A stretch of DNA of 23,360 nt from Paraspadella gotoi (GCA_051294375.1 JBJCIZ010000009.1:1-23360); one strand, 5' to 3'; positions 1 to 11,034 are shown, counted from the stretch's first letter. Notes: generated by a model from the sequence alone, not told the origin. Translations and numbers: made by a program.

Positions 1-88
1 ACTTGCTGTTAGGCAAGTTGTGATTAATTGTAACAGTGACTAACTGGTGATGATTTGGTGATCGTGCTGATAACCGGTTATCTAACAA

Positions 89-1408
89 TCACGGATCTCG
101 CGAATGACTGATAGATCTTAGACATCTAATACAATATATATCTATTCCTTCAGAACCCAGACGATGGTATTGTCTTGCACGTGCTTGTCTTTGAAGTTGG
201 AGTCGTGTTGGTTGTTGAGTGGATCGTTGTCGTGATGACCATTGTTGCTGTTGCTGTGGAGGTTCTTGTTGACATTGCTGTTGAGGTTGGGCTACCTGAG
301 GATATAAATGTTGGGAATGAGTGGAGTCGGCTGCTGGGCTGACTCTTGTTCTATTATTTGTTTGACCCTCCCCCCTAGGAAACGACTCGCCTGTTGCTGC
401 TGGTGGTCGTCCTCTTCTTGGGGCTGCTGGAGGTGTTGGTTGGACATCCGGTTCTGTTGTTGCTGGCTTGATCCTGTCGATGGAGATCTTCTCTTGTCCT
501 CGGCAGGGGATGTCCACTGTGAAGGTCTTGTCATTTCTTGAGACTACTTTGTAAGGGCCCAAGTAGGGTGTAGCTTGTGAGTGACCCTGTTGGCCGCGGA
601 GCACAAAAACCCAGTTTGCTGAGCGCAAGACTGATGAGGCAAGACTAGAAAACAGGTGGTTTGAGTGCCAACTAGGAACTACTGGTCTCAACAATGCAAC
701 GTCATGTCTCAAGTTTTGCAGCTCATTTTGGGCATTTGCTCTTGTTGGCTGTGTACCTATTACCAGTTCACCTGGGATTGCTATTGTATCTCCGAATACA
801 AGTTCTGCTGGTGATGCTTGTAGGTCTTCTTTTGGTGTGGACCTGAGTCCTAATAAGACCCCAGGGTAGTTGATTGAACCAATTTGCACCGGACGCATCA
901 CAACGCGCTTTCAATGATGCCTTCATGGTTACGGTGAAACCGTTCGACCATCCGTTCGCCTGCGGGTGGTAAGCTGTGGTGGTGTTGAGCTTGTAGCCTA
1001 TAGCTTGGCTCAGCTGATGCCACAATTCAGAAGTGAATTGTGTTCCACGGTCGGAAGTGACCGTGGCTGGTACACCGAATCTGGCGATCCAGTTCTGAAG
1101 GAAGGCTGTTGCTACAGTTTACTGCGGAGATATCCGAAGGGGATATGCTTCAGGCCAGCGAGAAAAACGGTCTACACAGGTTAAAAGGTATGTGTAACCG
1201 CCTGAGGTGGGGCAAGGGACCCACCAAGTCAATGTGAATGTGTTCGAAACGCCTCAATGGTGCTTCGAAAAGTTGTAGTGGAGCCTGGGTGTGTCGTTGT
1301 ACCTTGCTGCGCTGGCAGTCAAGGCAAGCCTGAGCCCATTTTGCCACGTCTGACGCGGCTTTTGGCCAAACAATTATTTTTTGTTACCAGCTTTTTTGTG
1401 CATCTGAC
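89..1408 (-). pseudogene. pol: Ty3/Gypsy pol C-terminus (integrase zinc-binding end, DDE core, GPY/F module), frameshifted and 5'-truncated
   Basis: Pieces in different frames read VWPKAASDVAKWAQACLDCQRSK...FEHIHIDLVGPLP (CxxC and first catalytic Asp), TTTAYHPQANG, LLGLRSTPKEDLQASPAELVFG and PYLGPYKVV...ISIDRIKP. These are typical CsRn1/Mag-type integrase motifs. Integrase-like sequence stops near 1408. Confidence 0.93.
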
Positions 1409-2160
1409 AGTAGTATATACTGGACATATATATATACATATATACTATACATAACTTTAGTAAGTGGATTTTGACCACAGTACTGGGTATTAGTGGCCGG
1501 AGCGAGGGGGGTGGGGGGGTATAGTAGTAAGTATTAGTGTCCGGAGAGCAAGGGGGGGTGTAGCGGCGTGGAGTGAGGATTTGGAAATTTCCTTGACGAG
1601 TTGCGAATTTTGGGGTAAAAACTTCGCGCTAGACTCCGCTGGCAACAAAAAATTCGTGGAGAAAAGTGGGCGAAAAAATTTTTGGAAAGGAGTAAAGTTA
1701 TACAAGTTATTTCTTTAGTTTCTTTATGTGGTCCGAGATTGAGAGGATTTCGAAATTCTCCTTGACCGAGTTGTAAATTCGTCGGCCAAAACTTCACTCT
1801 TCACTCAGCTGGCAACAAAAAATTTGTGGAGAAAAGTGGGAGAAAAAATTCATGGAAAGAGAGAAAAAAAAATATAAGTTATATCTTTCTTTGTTATATG
1901 AAATTCTCCTTGACCACTTTGTAAATTCGTCGGCAAAAACTTCACTCTTCACTCCGCTGGCAACGAAAAATTCGTGGAGAAAAGTGATAGAAAAAATTTG
2001 TAGAAAGAGAGAAAAAAAAATATAAGTTATATCTTTATTTGTTATATGAAATTCTCCTTGACCACTTTGTAAATTCGTCGGCAAAAACTTCACTCTTCAC
2101 TCCGCTGGCAATCAAAAATTCGTGGAGAAAAACCATGGAAATTTTAGGAAAAAGGGGATT
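1409..2160. mobile_element. Possible Polinton/Maverick terminal region (AGTAGT start, G-rich stretch, subterminal tandem repeats)
   Basis: AGTAGTATATAC begins at 1409, where the integrase homology ends. Two TATTAGTG.CCGGAG...GGGGGG motifs (~1488, ~1532) and a tandem array follow. Many Polintons start with AG/AGT repeats. No matching right TIR is present in the window. Confidence 0.4.
1584..2131. repeat. Tandem repeat, ~148-bp unit, ~3.6 copies
   Basis: Units starting GAAATT(C)TCCTTGAC at 1584, 1752, 1900 and 2048 share AAAACTTC...GCTGGCAA..AAAAATT.GTGGAGAAAA. The first copy is the most diverged. Confidence 0.95.
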
Positions 2161-2934
2161 CTCAAAATAGACGAATTTTAAAATTTTCAGGCAAAAAGAG
2201 GTTGTTATTCTGGACATCTGGTCCCAATCCTTTTATACTCGCCAAGACAAAGAATCACTCGATCCTCGAGACTTCAAAATTTTGCCTTACTCTCTAATAG
2301 GTCCAGAAGTCTCAATACACTCTCCTCATTGCCCAGAAAATTTAGAGATCTCCCCCGTTCTCATCATCATCATCCTTCTTTCCGAGGCTCGGGACCAGAT
2401 GTTTTCCCTGGTGACCAATTCTTCTTTCTCGACGAGAGAGATAGAGAGAGAGATAGTAAGTCGTAGAAAATTCACAATCATAGTTGATTTTAAAACTATT
2501 TTATTTAAATTTTCACGGAACATTTCGAAGGTCTGTGAAAATTTGTATTTTCCTATGAAAATTTGTATTTTTTGTATGAGAATTTAGTCAGATAATTTTT
2601 TTTTCAAATTTTCCATGCAATAGTTTTTACTTGATTTGTATTAATTTTTGTAAATATTCAGACAGAAAACCAACTTTTCTTAATTCTTTCGTAAAAATTT
2701 CTAATGCTTGCTGAGAATTGATAAAATTATGCGAGAATTTGTCAAATTATATGAGAATTTTTAAATTCAATGAAAATTAAATAAAAAAAGAAATTTTCTC
2801 CGCCAATTGGGAAAGACGAGAAAGAGGAAGAGGATAAGAGTTTTGCTATAAATTGTAAAACAATAATATAAGTAATCATTTTTAATTTTTATCATTTCGG
2901 AATTATATTTTTTTCTCGTTTAAAATAAAAGAAA

Positions 2935-3174
2935 TGTCCGACATCGAATTCGACGATCGGGAGTCTTTGTCGGAATCGAACCAATGAGAAGACGGGCTTC
3001 CTGCCATCGGGAAAACGAGCCCACGTCGCTGATCCGATTGTAGGGTATAAATAGCTGACCATTTTGTATTGAATCAATTGTCTCAAATTCTGGACACCGT
3101 CTTTGCTTGTGCCTTACTGAGAATAAAATCCACTTTTGGTTTCATGTTGAAATCTCTGTCTACTTACTTAAATT
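2935..3174 (+). mobile_element. Putative 5' LTR of a Gypsy-like element
   Basis: Composition changes at TGTCCG (2935). It contains TATAAATA (~3045) and AATAAA (3122) and is followed directly by a PBS-like motif and gag. The exact 3' end is uncertain. Confidence 0.55.
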
Positions 3175-3191
3175 TAGTGACAGGAGTGGAT
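3175..3191 (+). promoter_or_regulatory. Degenerate primer-binding site, tRNA-Leu-like
   Basis: TAGTGACAGGAGTGGAT versus the tRNA-Leu PBS TGGTGTCAGGAGTGGGAT: two substitutions and one deletion. Confidence 0.55.
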
Positions 3192-3260
3192 TGGACAAAC
3201 CACAACTCCAAGAAGAAAAAGCAAACCTAAACCACCTCAGCCACGCCACCCCCTAAGAAG

Positions 3261-6200
3261 ATGGACTTTGCCGTCAGACAAAAGACGGCTCCAGCCATTC
3301 CAGCCAATGGCGCCGGAAGCTCCACCGAAAGCGAAGGCGGTAGCATTGAACGCGAACTCGACTTCCATACTTTCGAAGTATCGGGAGCATTACGCCAATA
3401 ATGCCGAGAAGACAACAGACAGGCTGAAAGCATTCGTCAGATTCTCCAACTGATGAACAGCAATAACTTAAAACAACAACAAAATTACCAGCAGGTAAAC
3501 CAAAGACTCGACGAAAGCGAAGCCAACATTGGAAACAAGGTTGGGATGATCAGTAATCGCCTTGATCAAACCGAGACGCAACTGGGCTCAAAATTGGGAG
3601 AACTTCACAACATGATGAAGGACATGATGAGCGAGACTCGCGACATGGCAAAAGAGAACCGCGAATTCCGATAAAAGCACGAAAACCGCCACATCAACAC
3701 CCGGCTGACAGGGCTGGCTCAAACCGCCCCGCCCCCTCCACCCTCGCTCTATCCCAACACCAGCCTCATCATGGCCGAACAACATCAACCTCAAAATCCT
3801 TATGTAGGACAGCCACCCAATAGGGCATGCCGGCCGCCTCCAGATGATGCTCCATCAGAAAGCGGCCGTAGTGACCCTCCGTCCTACTCTCCCGTCGACC
3901 AACCCATCAAATTGGAGAAGAGGAGAGCTGATTAAACTCCGGAACAATTCCTACGTAGCTTCTACGAAGCTTTTAAAGACTCCCCTGCGACAGACAAGAT
4001 TGACCAGCAGCTATGCGCGCTTCTCGCTCGCGATAAGATCGCGAGTCGATTTATTGAGCCAATAAATCAGTCAATGTGGATGGGTCTTCTTGCGCTTTGC
4101 GAAGGCTCATCCATCAGCATCGCCGAGGCTCTCGCCGAAGCAAAGATCGAGGTGGATCCTCAAAACCACGCCAAATATGGACTCGCCCTCGTGAACGCGG
4201 CTAAAGAAAATTTTGAGACCGTCAGGGAGAAGGACAGGGCCTCGATACCAGACTACGTCGCCCAAATGCTTGTCGAGGCCCTGGAACCCTACGTTCCAGG
4301 CATCACCTGCTAAACCCTTGAATGGACGACGCTACTAGAGAGAGGACAAACTCGCCAATTAGGCTATTTAAAGAAAACTTCCGACGGCACCGTCCGAAAA
4401 ATAGTGAAAACGGTATCAGACGACGACAAAGAAAAATTAGTCAATGCCCTAGTGCAAAAAGGGCAGGTTGATAAGGATCCCAGCAGCAGCGCCACCGCCT
4501 TTTATCAAGGCTCAATGCTGCAGGAAATAAACAACGTCGCCGAAATGATGAAGGAGCTCAGAAAGGAAATGGGAAAATCCGGCAGGACCAATCAAATGGA
4601 GCGCCGCTACGACCGCCGCGACGACCGCCGAGAACGACGCAGCCCGGACCGCTCATATGACGGAAAAAACGGGAATAAAAATCGCGACTGGAAAAGCGAC
4701 CAAAGGAACAACTGGCGCGACGACAAAGGAAAAAAAGGACCAAGTTTTGGTAGACGTCGAGATATTGTAGACTTATCTGATAACCTTGAAATTGATTCCG
4801 CTGATGAATTTGATAACAATAAAAACAACTACTATTATAACTGCGTTGTGAATAAACCCGAATGTGAGTTACAACAAAAAAAGCTAAAAGACAACTACCA
4901 AGCTCTCGGTAACAAAATCATGAAAGTAACTACAACCGGCATCAGCCAATCAGATAGACAAAAGGCCAAGGCCCTCGCCGAAACTGCACACCAGCTCCGA
5001 GGCAAGTCTACAGCATCTCGGCTGTACAAACTCCTCAAACCAATCGACGCAAAAGAGATAGCCCTTACAAATAAGTTTCTACACAAATTGGGCTGGAAAG
5101 ATTGGTCCAAAGTTGATACAAGCGAAAGAAAAGCCAGGATCTCTAGGTCAAGAGCCTGTGCTAAGCTTGCACACAGAGCAAAGAGAATCGGAAGAGAAGA
5201 CACTACACCGGAGGCTTCCCCATACCCCAAACCGCTTGTCGAGCCGACACCTCGCCTCTCACCTCACCCAACTCTCCCTGCCGAAAAGCAAAAAAAACAG
5301 GAAAAATCCTGACAGGAGGTGCGGAATGCCCAGCCTCCGCAAGTTGCGACCCACAGGAGACAAAGGGAACCCTACATATACAATTATAGCAGGAGACCAA
5401 TCAGGCGAGTCGCTCCACCAGGCCACCATCAGGCGGGTAGAGCTCGAGTGCCACCAACCAGAATTCTTTCTACAACCAGGGACTAAACCCGAGACGACCA
5501 GGGATGAGAAAGACATGCCTCCCTTGCCTGACAAGGCAACTAACATCACCATAGGAGACCAGGGTCCGGAACCCAGGGACGATACTGAAAAAAATTGCCA
5601 CTCAGGCAGAAACAGTTACATCCCTACGGTCATCGCAGGAGTTCCAGCGAGTTGCCTATATGATACCGGAGCATCAGTAAATACAATACCAAGGAAATTC
5701 ATTGAGAAGTGGTCCCTAAACAACAAGACTTACCACGGATCACCTCTCCGCCTGTCAACAGCAACAGGCACAATCACGTTAACCGAAAAAATTGACTTAA
5801 GAGTCATGTTTCAGAAATGGGTTTTAAAAACGGTTTTTTATGTTTCTGCCGATGAGAATGACCAGGACATCATCATCGGCACGGCAATAACAAACCCAGG
5901 CCCTCCTGAACAACTCTGGGTGGTACAACCCTCGAACCAGAAAAACGATTTGCAAATCGCCTCGATGGCTGGTAAACCCATCACTCACCTCTTCAGAAAC
6001 AAATATGATGCCCTGAAAGCCGCTAGATGGTTAGCTTGAGGAAACTTAGACAAGGAAACTTCTCTACCAGTACACACAGAACGCGACCCTGATGGATTCA
6101 CCAAACTCACATCCAGCAGACCCTACTGGAAGACCCTAGCTGGCTCGAGATGGATTATTGAGTCCCTCGTCGACAAGAAGGCCTACATTGTAGACGGCGA

Positions 6201-6669
6201 CCAGCTTTGGGAAGGAGTAGAAATTGATGCTCAACCCGGGGCCTGGGGCTTTGCTCGACCACTCATCACAAATGAAGCAAAGTCTGAATTAGGTCTAGAA
6301 ACCGAAGCCACTGCCGAGCCAGTCCAAGCCGACTTGTCCGGGGACAAACCCCTCCTTAGAAAAGTAATAAAGGAGAACATTCCTGCCACGACCATCATCC
6401 ACCACAAACCCTCAGAGAAAGAAATACAAGCGGTAGAAGAGGCACGCCAAAAAAGGCGTGAAAAACACGACGCACGTGGAAAAGAGGCCTTCCTCAAACC
6501 TTTCAAAGATGTCGACCCCAGCCTACAAGAAAAAGCCAACCTAGTCTGGGAAATCGTCTGGGAATACAGAGACGTCTTTGGAGAAACAATCAATGACTGC
6601 AAAGAGGGGTTTTTAAACTATAAAGTAGACCTTGGCTTCACTGATGAGGACTTACCAAAACCAAGATAG
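3261..6669 (+). pseudogene. Gypsy-like gag-pol (Gag, aspartic protease, pre-RT region), truncated before RT
   Basis: ORFs at 3453, 4074 and 4404 share one frame from ATG 3261, broken only by TAA at 3399, 3672, 3933 and 4311. There is a +1 shift near the A8 run at 5290-5297. Protease motifs CLYDTGASVNTI (DTG at 5662) and DIIIGT follow. After a TGA at 6037 the same frame continues to WEYRDVFG...PKPR, typical of the region just before RT. Confidence 0.85.
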
Positions 6670-6923
6670 TAGGTGCATTAGGTTTGCATCGTCCCCCGTC
6701 GTGCATACAATTCACGAATCGACCTGTCAAACGCGCGCGAGAGACAAATCACTGCCTGCGGTTCCGTCCCTCGCGCGAACAGACATTTCGGGATAAGAGA
6801 GAGAGAGAGAGAGAAAGATAGAATATACCGATGTCTGTTCCATCCCGGCGTGAACATACAATCGGAACCATCGATGTTCCTATTTTTTTGCGGGTTAAAG
6901 TCGCTATGCCCCCATACTTTCAA

Positions 6924-7126
6924 AACTCGTTGACAGCTCATACCCGGAGGCAATGTTTACCTCCTGTCACTCTGAGGGACGCGTCCCAATAAAAAAACTT
7001 TCACGAATATGCGGGTTCCCCCGATCGTCAACTCGTTGACAGCTCATACCCAGAGGCAATGTTTACCTTCTGTCACTCAGAAGGGACGCGTCCCCCATAA
7101 AAAACTTTTGCGAATATGCGGGTTCC
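6924..7126. repeat. Direct repeat, 2 copies, 106-bp period
   Basis: AACTCGTTGACAGCTCATACCC.GAGGCAATGTTTACCT.CTGTCACTC...GGGACGCGTCCC..TAAAAAA...CGAATATGCGGGTTCC at 6924 and 7030. Confidence 0.95.
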
Positions 7127-7329
7127 AACTATTGTTTATGTTTATTCATAGTCAATTTGCATGCATAGAAAAAAACAACATCGACAGAGATATTTTTTAT
7201 TCACGGGACAGAAGGCGGCAATACAAAAAAGAAAATTATAAAAGCGTGACCATCGCCCGCATATTTTAAAAATTTGATCGACCATCGGTTAGAAATATTT
7301 TTTCATTGTTATCCCAAAAAACGGATAAT

Positions 7330-7818
7330 ATGGAACCGCAAAATTTAATCAAGCTAGACGAAGCCATAAGGCAGATTTTATCGACGAATAATCACGAGTT
7401 AGAAAAAAAATTACTCAAAAATGAAAACTTAAGATTAAGAAACGAATTATCTCTATATACAAATAAAAACGCGCAATTGCTTCGAAACAAATGGATAACG
7501 CAGCAGGACACAAATATTAAAATTCAAACAATGCAAAACGAAATTATGACATTACAGGATAAAAATACAAAAAGCGAAATGGTAATCGCGGAAGGTATAA
7601 AAGAAATTTCGGAGGCAATGGATAAACTGTTTATACAATATTTCAAAAAAGACAGAGACGACGGTCAGGCATTACAGAAATTATTGAGAACACTAAATTC
7701 ATTAAAAAATATTTTGGTGTACAGACAATTACAAGACCGCGGAACCGACGACGTTTCGGACCCACTCCCACATTACGTACAAGAAATTTTTAATTTATTA
7801 AATTCGAAATGGAATTAG
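7330..7818 (+). CDS. Hypothetical coiled-coil protein of the Polinton fragment (~162 aa from first ATG)
   Basis: Open frame MEPQNL...NSKWN with heptad-like L/K/E/N content. Its stop overlaps the ATPase start. Confidence 0.65.
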   Translation: MEPQNLIKLDEAIRQILSTNNHELEKKLLKNENLRLRNELSLYTNKNAQLLRNKWITQQDTNIKIQTMQNEIMTLQDKNTKSEMVIAEGIKEISEAMDKLFIQYFKKDRDDGQALQKLLRTLNSLKNILVYRQLQDRGTDDVSDPLPHYVQEIFNLLNSKWN

Positions 7819-8500
7819 GGGACGATTCTTACGATCTTCGCATCCCATACGGTTCTAATATAGCCATAGTCGGCGCATCGGGGGTCGGGAAAACGACATT
7901 TTGTGTACAATTTTTAGGCAACGCGGATAAGCTGCTTACCCTGGTTCCCGACATAATTTATTACTTTTACCATTGCGATCAAGAGGTCTTCCACGAACCT
8001 CGTAACAATAATATCAATTTCATAGAAGGCTTCGACGAAGATTTCATTTCCGAAGAGAATTTGAAGGACAGAAAGGCGGTGGTTGTGCTGGACGATCAGA
8101 TCGGCGTCATCGATCCGAAGCTTCTGCAGAGAATGATGAAAAAATTATCGCACCACAGAGGATTCACGCTTATTATTTTGTTACACGATTTGTTCTACAG
8201 AAACATCCCCAATTTTACCATAGTCTCTCAAAACACCCATATAAATATACTACTCCGTAACATGAGGGACAGAATGGGGATAACCACGTTAGGCAGACAG
8301 TTGTTTCCGGACAAATATTCTTTTTTATGGATAGCTACGACGACGCTTGCAAGGACTCTTACCGACATTTATTAATCGATTCCTCTCCGAAAGTTTCCCA
8401 TTCTTGCCGCCTCCGCGCGAATATCCTCCCGTCCGATACGACGCCGCCCATCGTCTACGTAGAGGGAGAAAAATACGATAAGAAAAAAAAGAGAAAATGA
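7809..8500 (+). CDS. A32/FtsK-HerA-type DNA packaging ATPase of a Polinton/Maverick; one frameshift at 8321-8327
   Basis: Walker A GASGVGKT, Walker B VVVLDD, SHHRG, and LLRNMRD...TLGRQLFP. The -1 frame from 8327 supplies the expected tail MDSYDDACKDSYRHLLIDSSP....RLRANILP and ends at TGA 8498-8500. Confidence 0.9.
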
Positions 8501-8626
8501 AATTAAAAGAAATATTTCCCATTTTAGAATACGTCGCCTCGTTAACTACTAAGGAACAAAAAATTTTCATCAGAGAGGCGGACCCAAACGTCATTAAAAC
8601 GATTTGCGAAATATTGTTTAATATAA
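8497..8626 (+). pseudogene. N-terminus of a small Polinton protein (PW-like), truncated by a repeat insertion
   Basis: ATGA overlap with the ATPase stop. It reads MKLKEIFPILEYVASLTTKEQKIFIREADPNVIKTICEILFNI, resembling the A...I..ICE...N motif I recall for the small conserved Polinton protein. Too short for the supplied ORF track. Confidence 0.6.
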
Positions 8627-9160
8627 GCTGTTTGGATTGGAATTAAATTTTGTGTGAGGGTAGGGAAGTGTGTGCTTGAGCTGGATATGAAGTTTCGATG
8701 GAATCGTTTGAGTGGAAATGAGTTTAAATGGAAAAAACAAAGAACCTGTTTCACTAATTGATTATGCTTCTTTTTATTTTTATTTTAAATGTAAATGCAA
8801 GATGTATTAATTAATAAAATAATTAATCAGTTAATTAATCAATCAAAACAAACATTTTGTATAAAATTAATTATTTGCCTAATTAATTAAATAATTAACT
8901 TGAATAAATTAATTCTTATTTAATTAAATAATTAACTAACTTTAATTAATTATTAATTAATTAATTATTAATTAATTAATTATTTACCAATAATGACTGT
9001 GGCAGATCGATTTGAAATACAAGATGTATTAATTAATCAAATAATTAATCAGTTAATTAATCAATTAATTAATCAATAATTAATTAATCAGTCAATTATT
9101 CAATTAATGTTCAATAAATCAATTTATTTATCTATAATTTAATTATTTAATCAATCAATC
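8627..9160 (+). repeat. Copy of the interspersed repeat at 22.1-23.4 kb, followed by ATTA/TTAA low-complexity sequence
   Basis: GATGGAATCGTTTGAGTGGAAATGAGTTTAAATGGAAAAAAC and GATGTATTAAT...AATAATTAATCAGTTAATTAATCAAT are shared with 22706-22850. Confidence 0.9.
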
Positions 9161-10340
9161 AAGTCACATTCAATATCTTTCTTATCTGACGTCTCTGGTT
9201 ACAAAAAAAAATGTTTGTGGTAGCCTCGAACGTGCAACCTTCGTATCTTAAACAACAATCAGAATTCTCTCTCTTACTTTTGCTTTAGCTCTTTAGCTCT
9301 CACTCTTTGCCTCACTCTCTCTCTGTCGCTTTTTCTTTGTTTCTGCATCAATTTCAGAACTTTTGCTCACTTACTCAGCCTTGTTATGTCATAAACATGT
9401 CCAAATTCACCTTTCCATTTCTTTTGTTAATATTGACAATAAGTATCATTTCTATAATTATAGTCTTTGATACATTAAAAAATAATTCCTATCAATGTTA
9501 TAAGGAGGAAAAAAAACTTATTAATTTTTTTTAATATAAAAACATTACAGTATTATTATTATTAAAAGTAATGATTCATAAAAATTGATAGCAAATGATC
9601 ACAATAACATAAAATAAGAAAATCTGTCCTCCATATCCCTCTTGAATAATTATGGAAAACATAAAAGAATAAAAAACGAAAAATTTTTAAAAAAACTTTT
9701 TCAGACCATGCTCACGAAGAATTATAATTTTGCATAAAAAATAAATAAATCAAAAAAATAAAAACATCAGATTGTGACAAAATCGATTGGGAAAAATCTG
9801 ATTTTTTTAAAAAAGCAAAATTATTTCTCAAGTTCCTTATTTATAATTCTACATGAGACAAATGTCTTTTTCGAAAATGTAAATATTCAACTTTTTAATT
9901 AATTAAAAATCATTTTAGTATACTAAATTTTAAAATATTTCTATAGAAATTTATACCTAAAGTTCTAAGAAGATACTTTTCACAAAAATGTCTCTTAGAT
10001 CTTTCTTAAAACGCCAAACAAGTCAAAGCCACAAATGAATACAAAAACTAGAAAAAAGCAATATTGTTTTGTTATTCTATTTAAAAGATATTTGGTTAAT
10101 TGTTATGCCTTAAATTTCCTTTAAATGAAAAATAATAGGTTTAAAAGATAGCTCTTGATCTCTAGTAGTAAATGAGTTTGAATATAATTTTTTTTAATGA
10201 ACAAGTTTAACCCAGATCAATTACAATAACGATGGTAAGAAATTTGTCACCGTTTTAAGCTACTTTTAGCCTGATTTTTTTACATATTTTGATTTCTTTG
10301 CGATCTTACTGATGAAAAACAGTCATGGTAAAAAAGAGCC

Positions 10341-11034
10341 TGGGAAGATGGGTATCTAGCTAAAGTAGGTACTAACTAGTCTCTCATCAGGGAAAAGAGG
10401 TAAGAGAGGTAAGTATGTAATGGTAGTAGAAAAACAGATATAACAAAGGTATCAAGGGTACATAAAAGGGAGAGAAGGAAGGAAGGCTTGGCGACCCCAA
10501 GACCGAGAGAGAAGTTGAGAGAGCCTGTCCGATCTCCAAGACTCTATCGTGACTCCGGGGATGAAGAGGAGGGGACGACGAGGGATGAGGAGGCGTTGAG
10601 AGGGGGAAGAGAAGGCCGGGGAGAGAGAGGGTTCTGGCGGTAGGGTGAGCCTCTATCTTGTGCCCTCTCTTGTCGGAGACGCCCACTTGGGTCTTGAATG
10701 TCACAGGTGGGCGTCGCCATCATCTTGGTGTGGGCGAGGAGTTTGTGGAGAGGTAGGGGCAGAGGCGACGCCTTCCAGGTTAGGCGGATTGGTGGGGGGA
10801 CGCGATGTTTGGGCGGGGGGATGTCGTCTTAGGCTCCTCTAGAGTCGACGCCTTCATTGGTTGGTTGGACGAGGTGCTAGTCAGAGAGGGCGGGACCGGA
10901 AGTCGCCTTGAGTCTCGTGGATTGACGGGTAAACGCTGGTCGAGGGTGGAAAGCGGAAGGAATGGTTTCTCGTCTTGAGTCTTCAGCGGGTGCTTTTTGG
11001 GAGGTACAATTGCTCAAGGGAGAGGGAAGGCACA
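10341..11034 (-). mobile_element. LTR (~694 bp, TG...CA) of a tRNA-Lys-primed retroelement family
   Basis: GC-rich island in AT-rich DNA bounded by TG and CA. Positions 10341-10660 align with 16236-16573, which abuts a Lys PBS. CCAAT and GC boxes lie in the unshared (U3-like) half. No TSD was found. Confidence 0.7.

Larger units (their letters stand above)
6668..8626 (+). mobile_element. Polinton/Maverick (adintovirus-like) fragment
   Basis: Starts with AGTAG at the break in the Gypsy pol. It has a repeat-containing noncoding leader and then three intronless, overlapping ORFs including a Polinton-type packaging ATPase. The left boundary is inferred. Confidence 0.8.

Noticed and set aside
1-160. 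3' LTR and polypurine tract of the first Gypsy element
   Set aside because: A TG start near 133 on the minus strand after a weak purine tract is possible, but no second LTR is in the window to confirm it.
1584-2131. Regularly spaced repeats as a CRISPR array
   Set aside because: Whole 148-bp units repeat with no unique spacers, there are no cas genes, and the context is eukaryotic.
3261-5312. Ciliate-type genetic code (TAA=Gln)
   Set aside because: Other elements in the window end ORFs with TAA/TAG at expected positions (18649, 7816); point mutation is simpler.
9270-9475. Coding-looking minus-strand frame (QKKWKGEFGHVYDITRL...)
   Set aside because: Multiple stops, no recognisable family and no clear splice context.
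10365-10392. CTGATGAG on the minus strand of both LTR copies as a hammerhead ribozyme core
   Set aside because: No GAAA follows the potential stem II (GACT-AGTT-AGT then ACC) in either copy.
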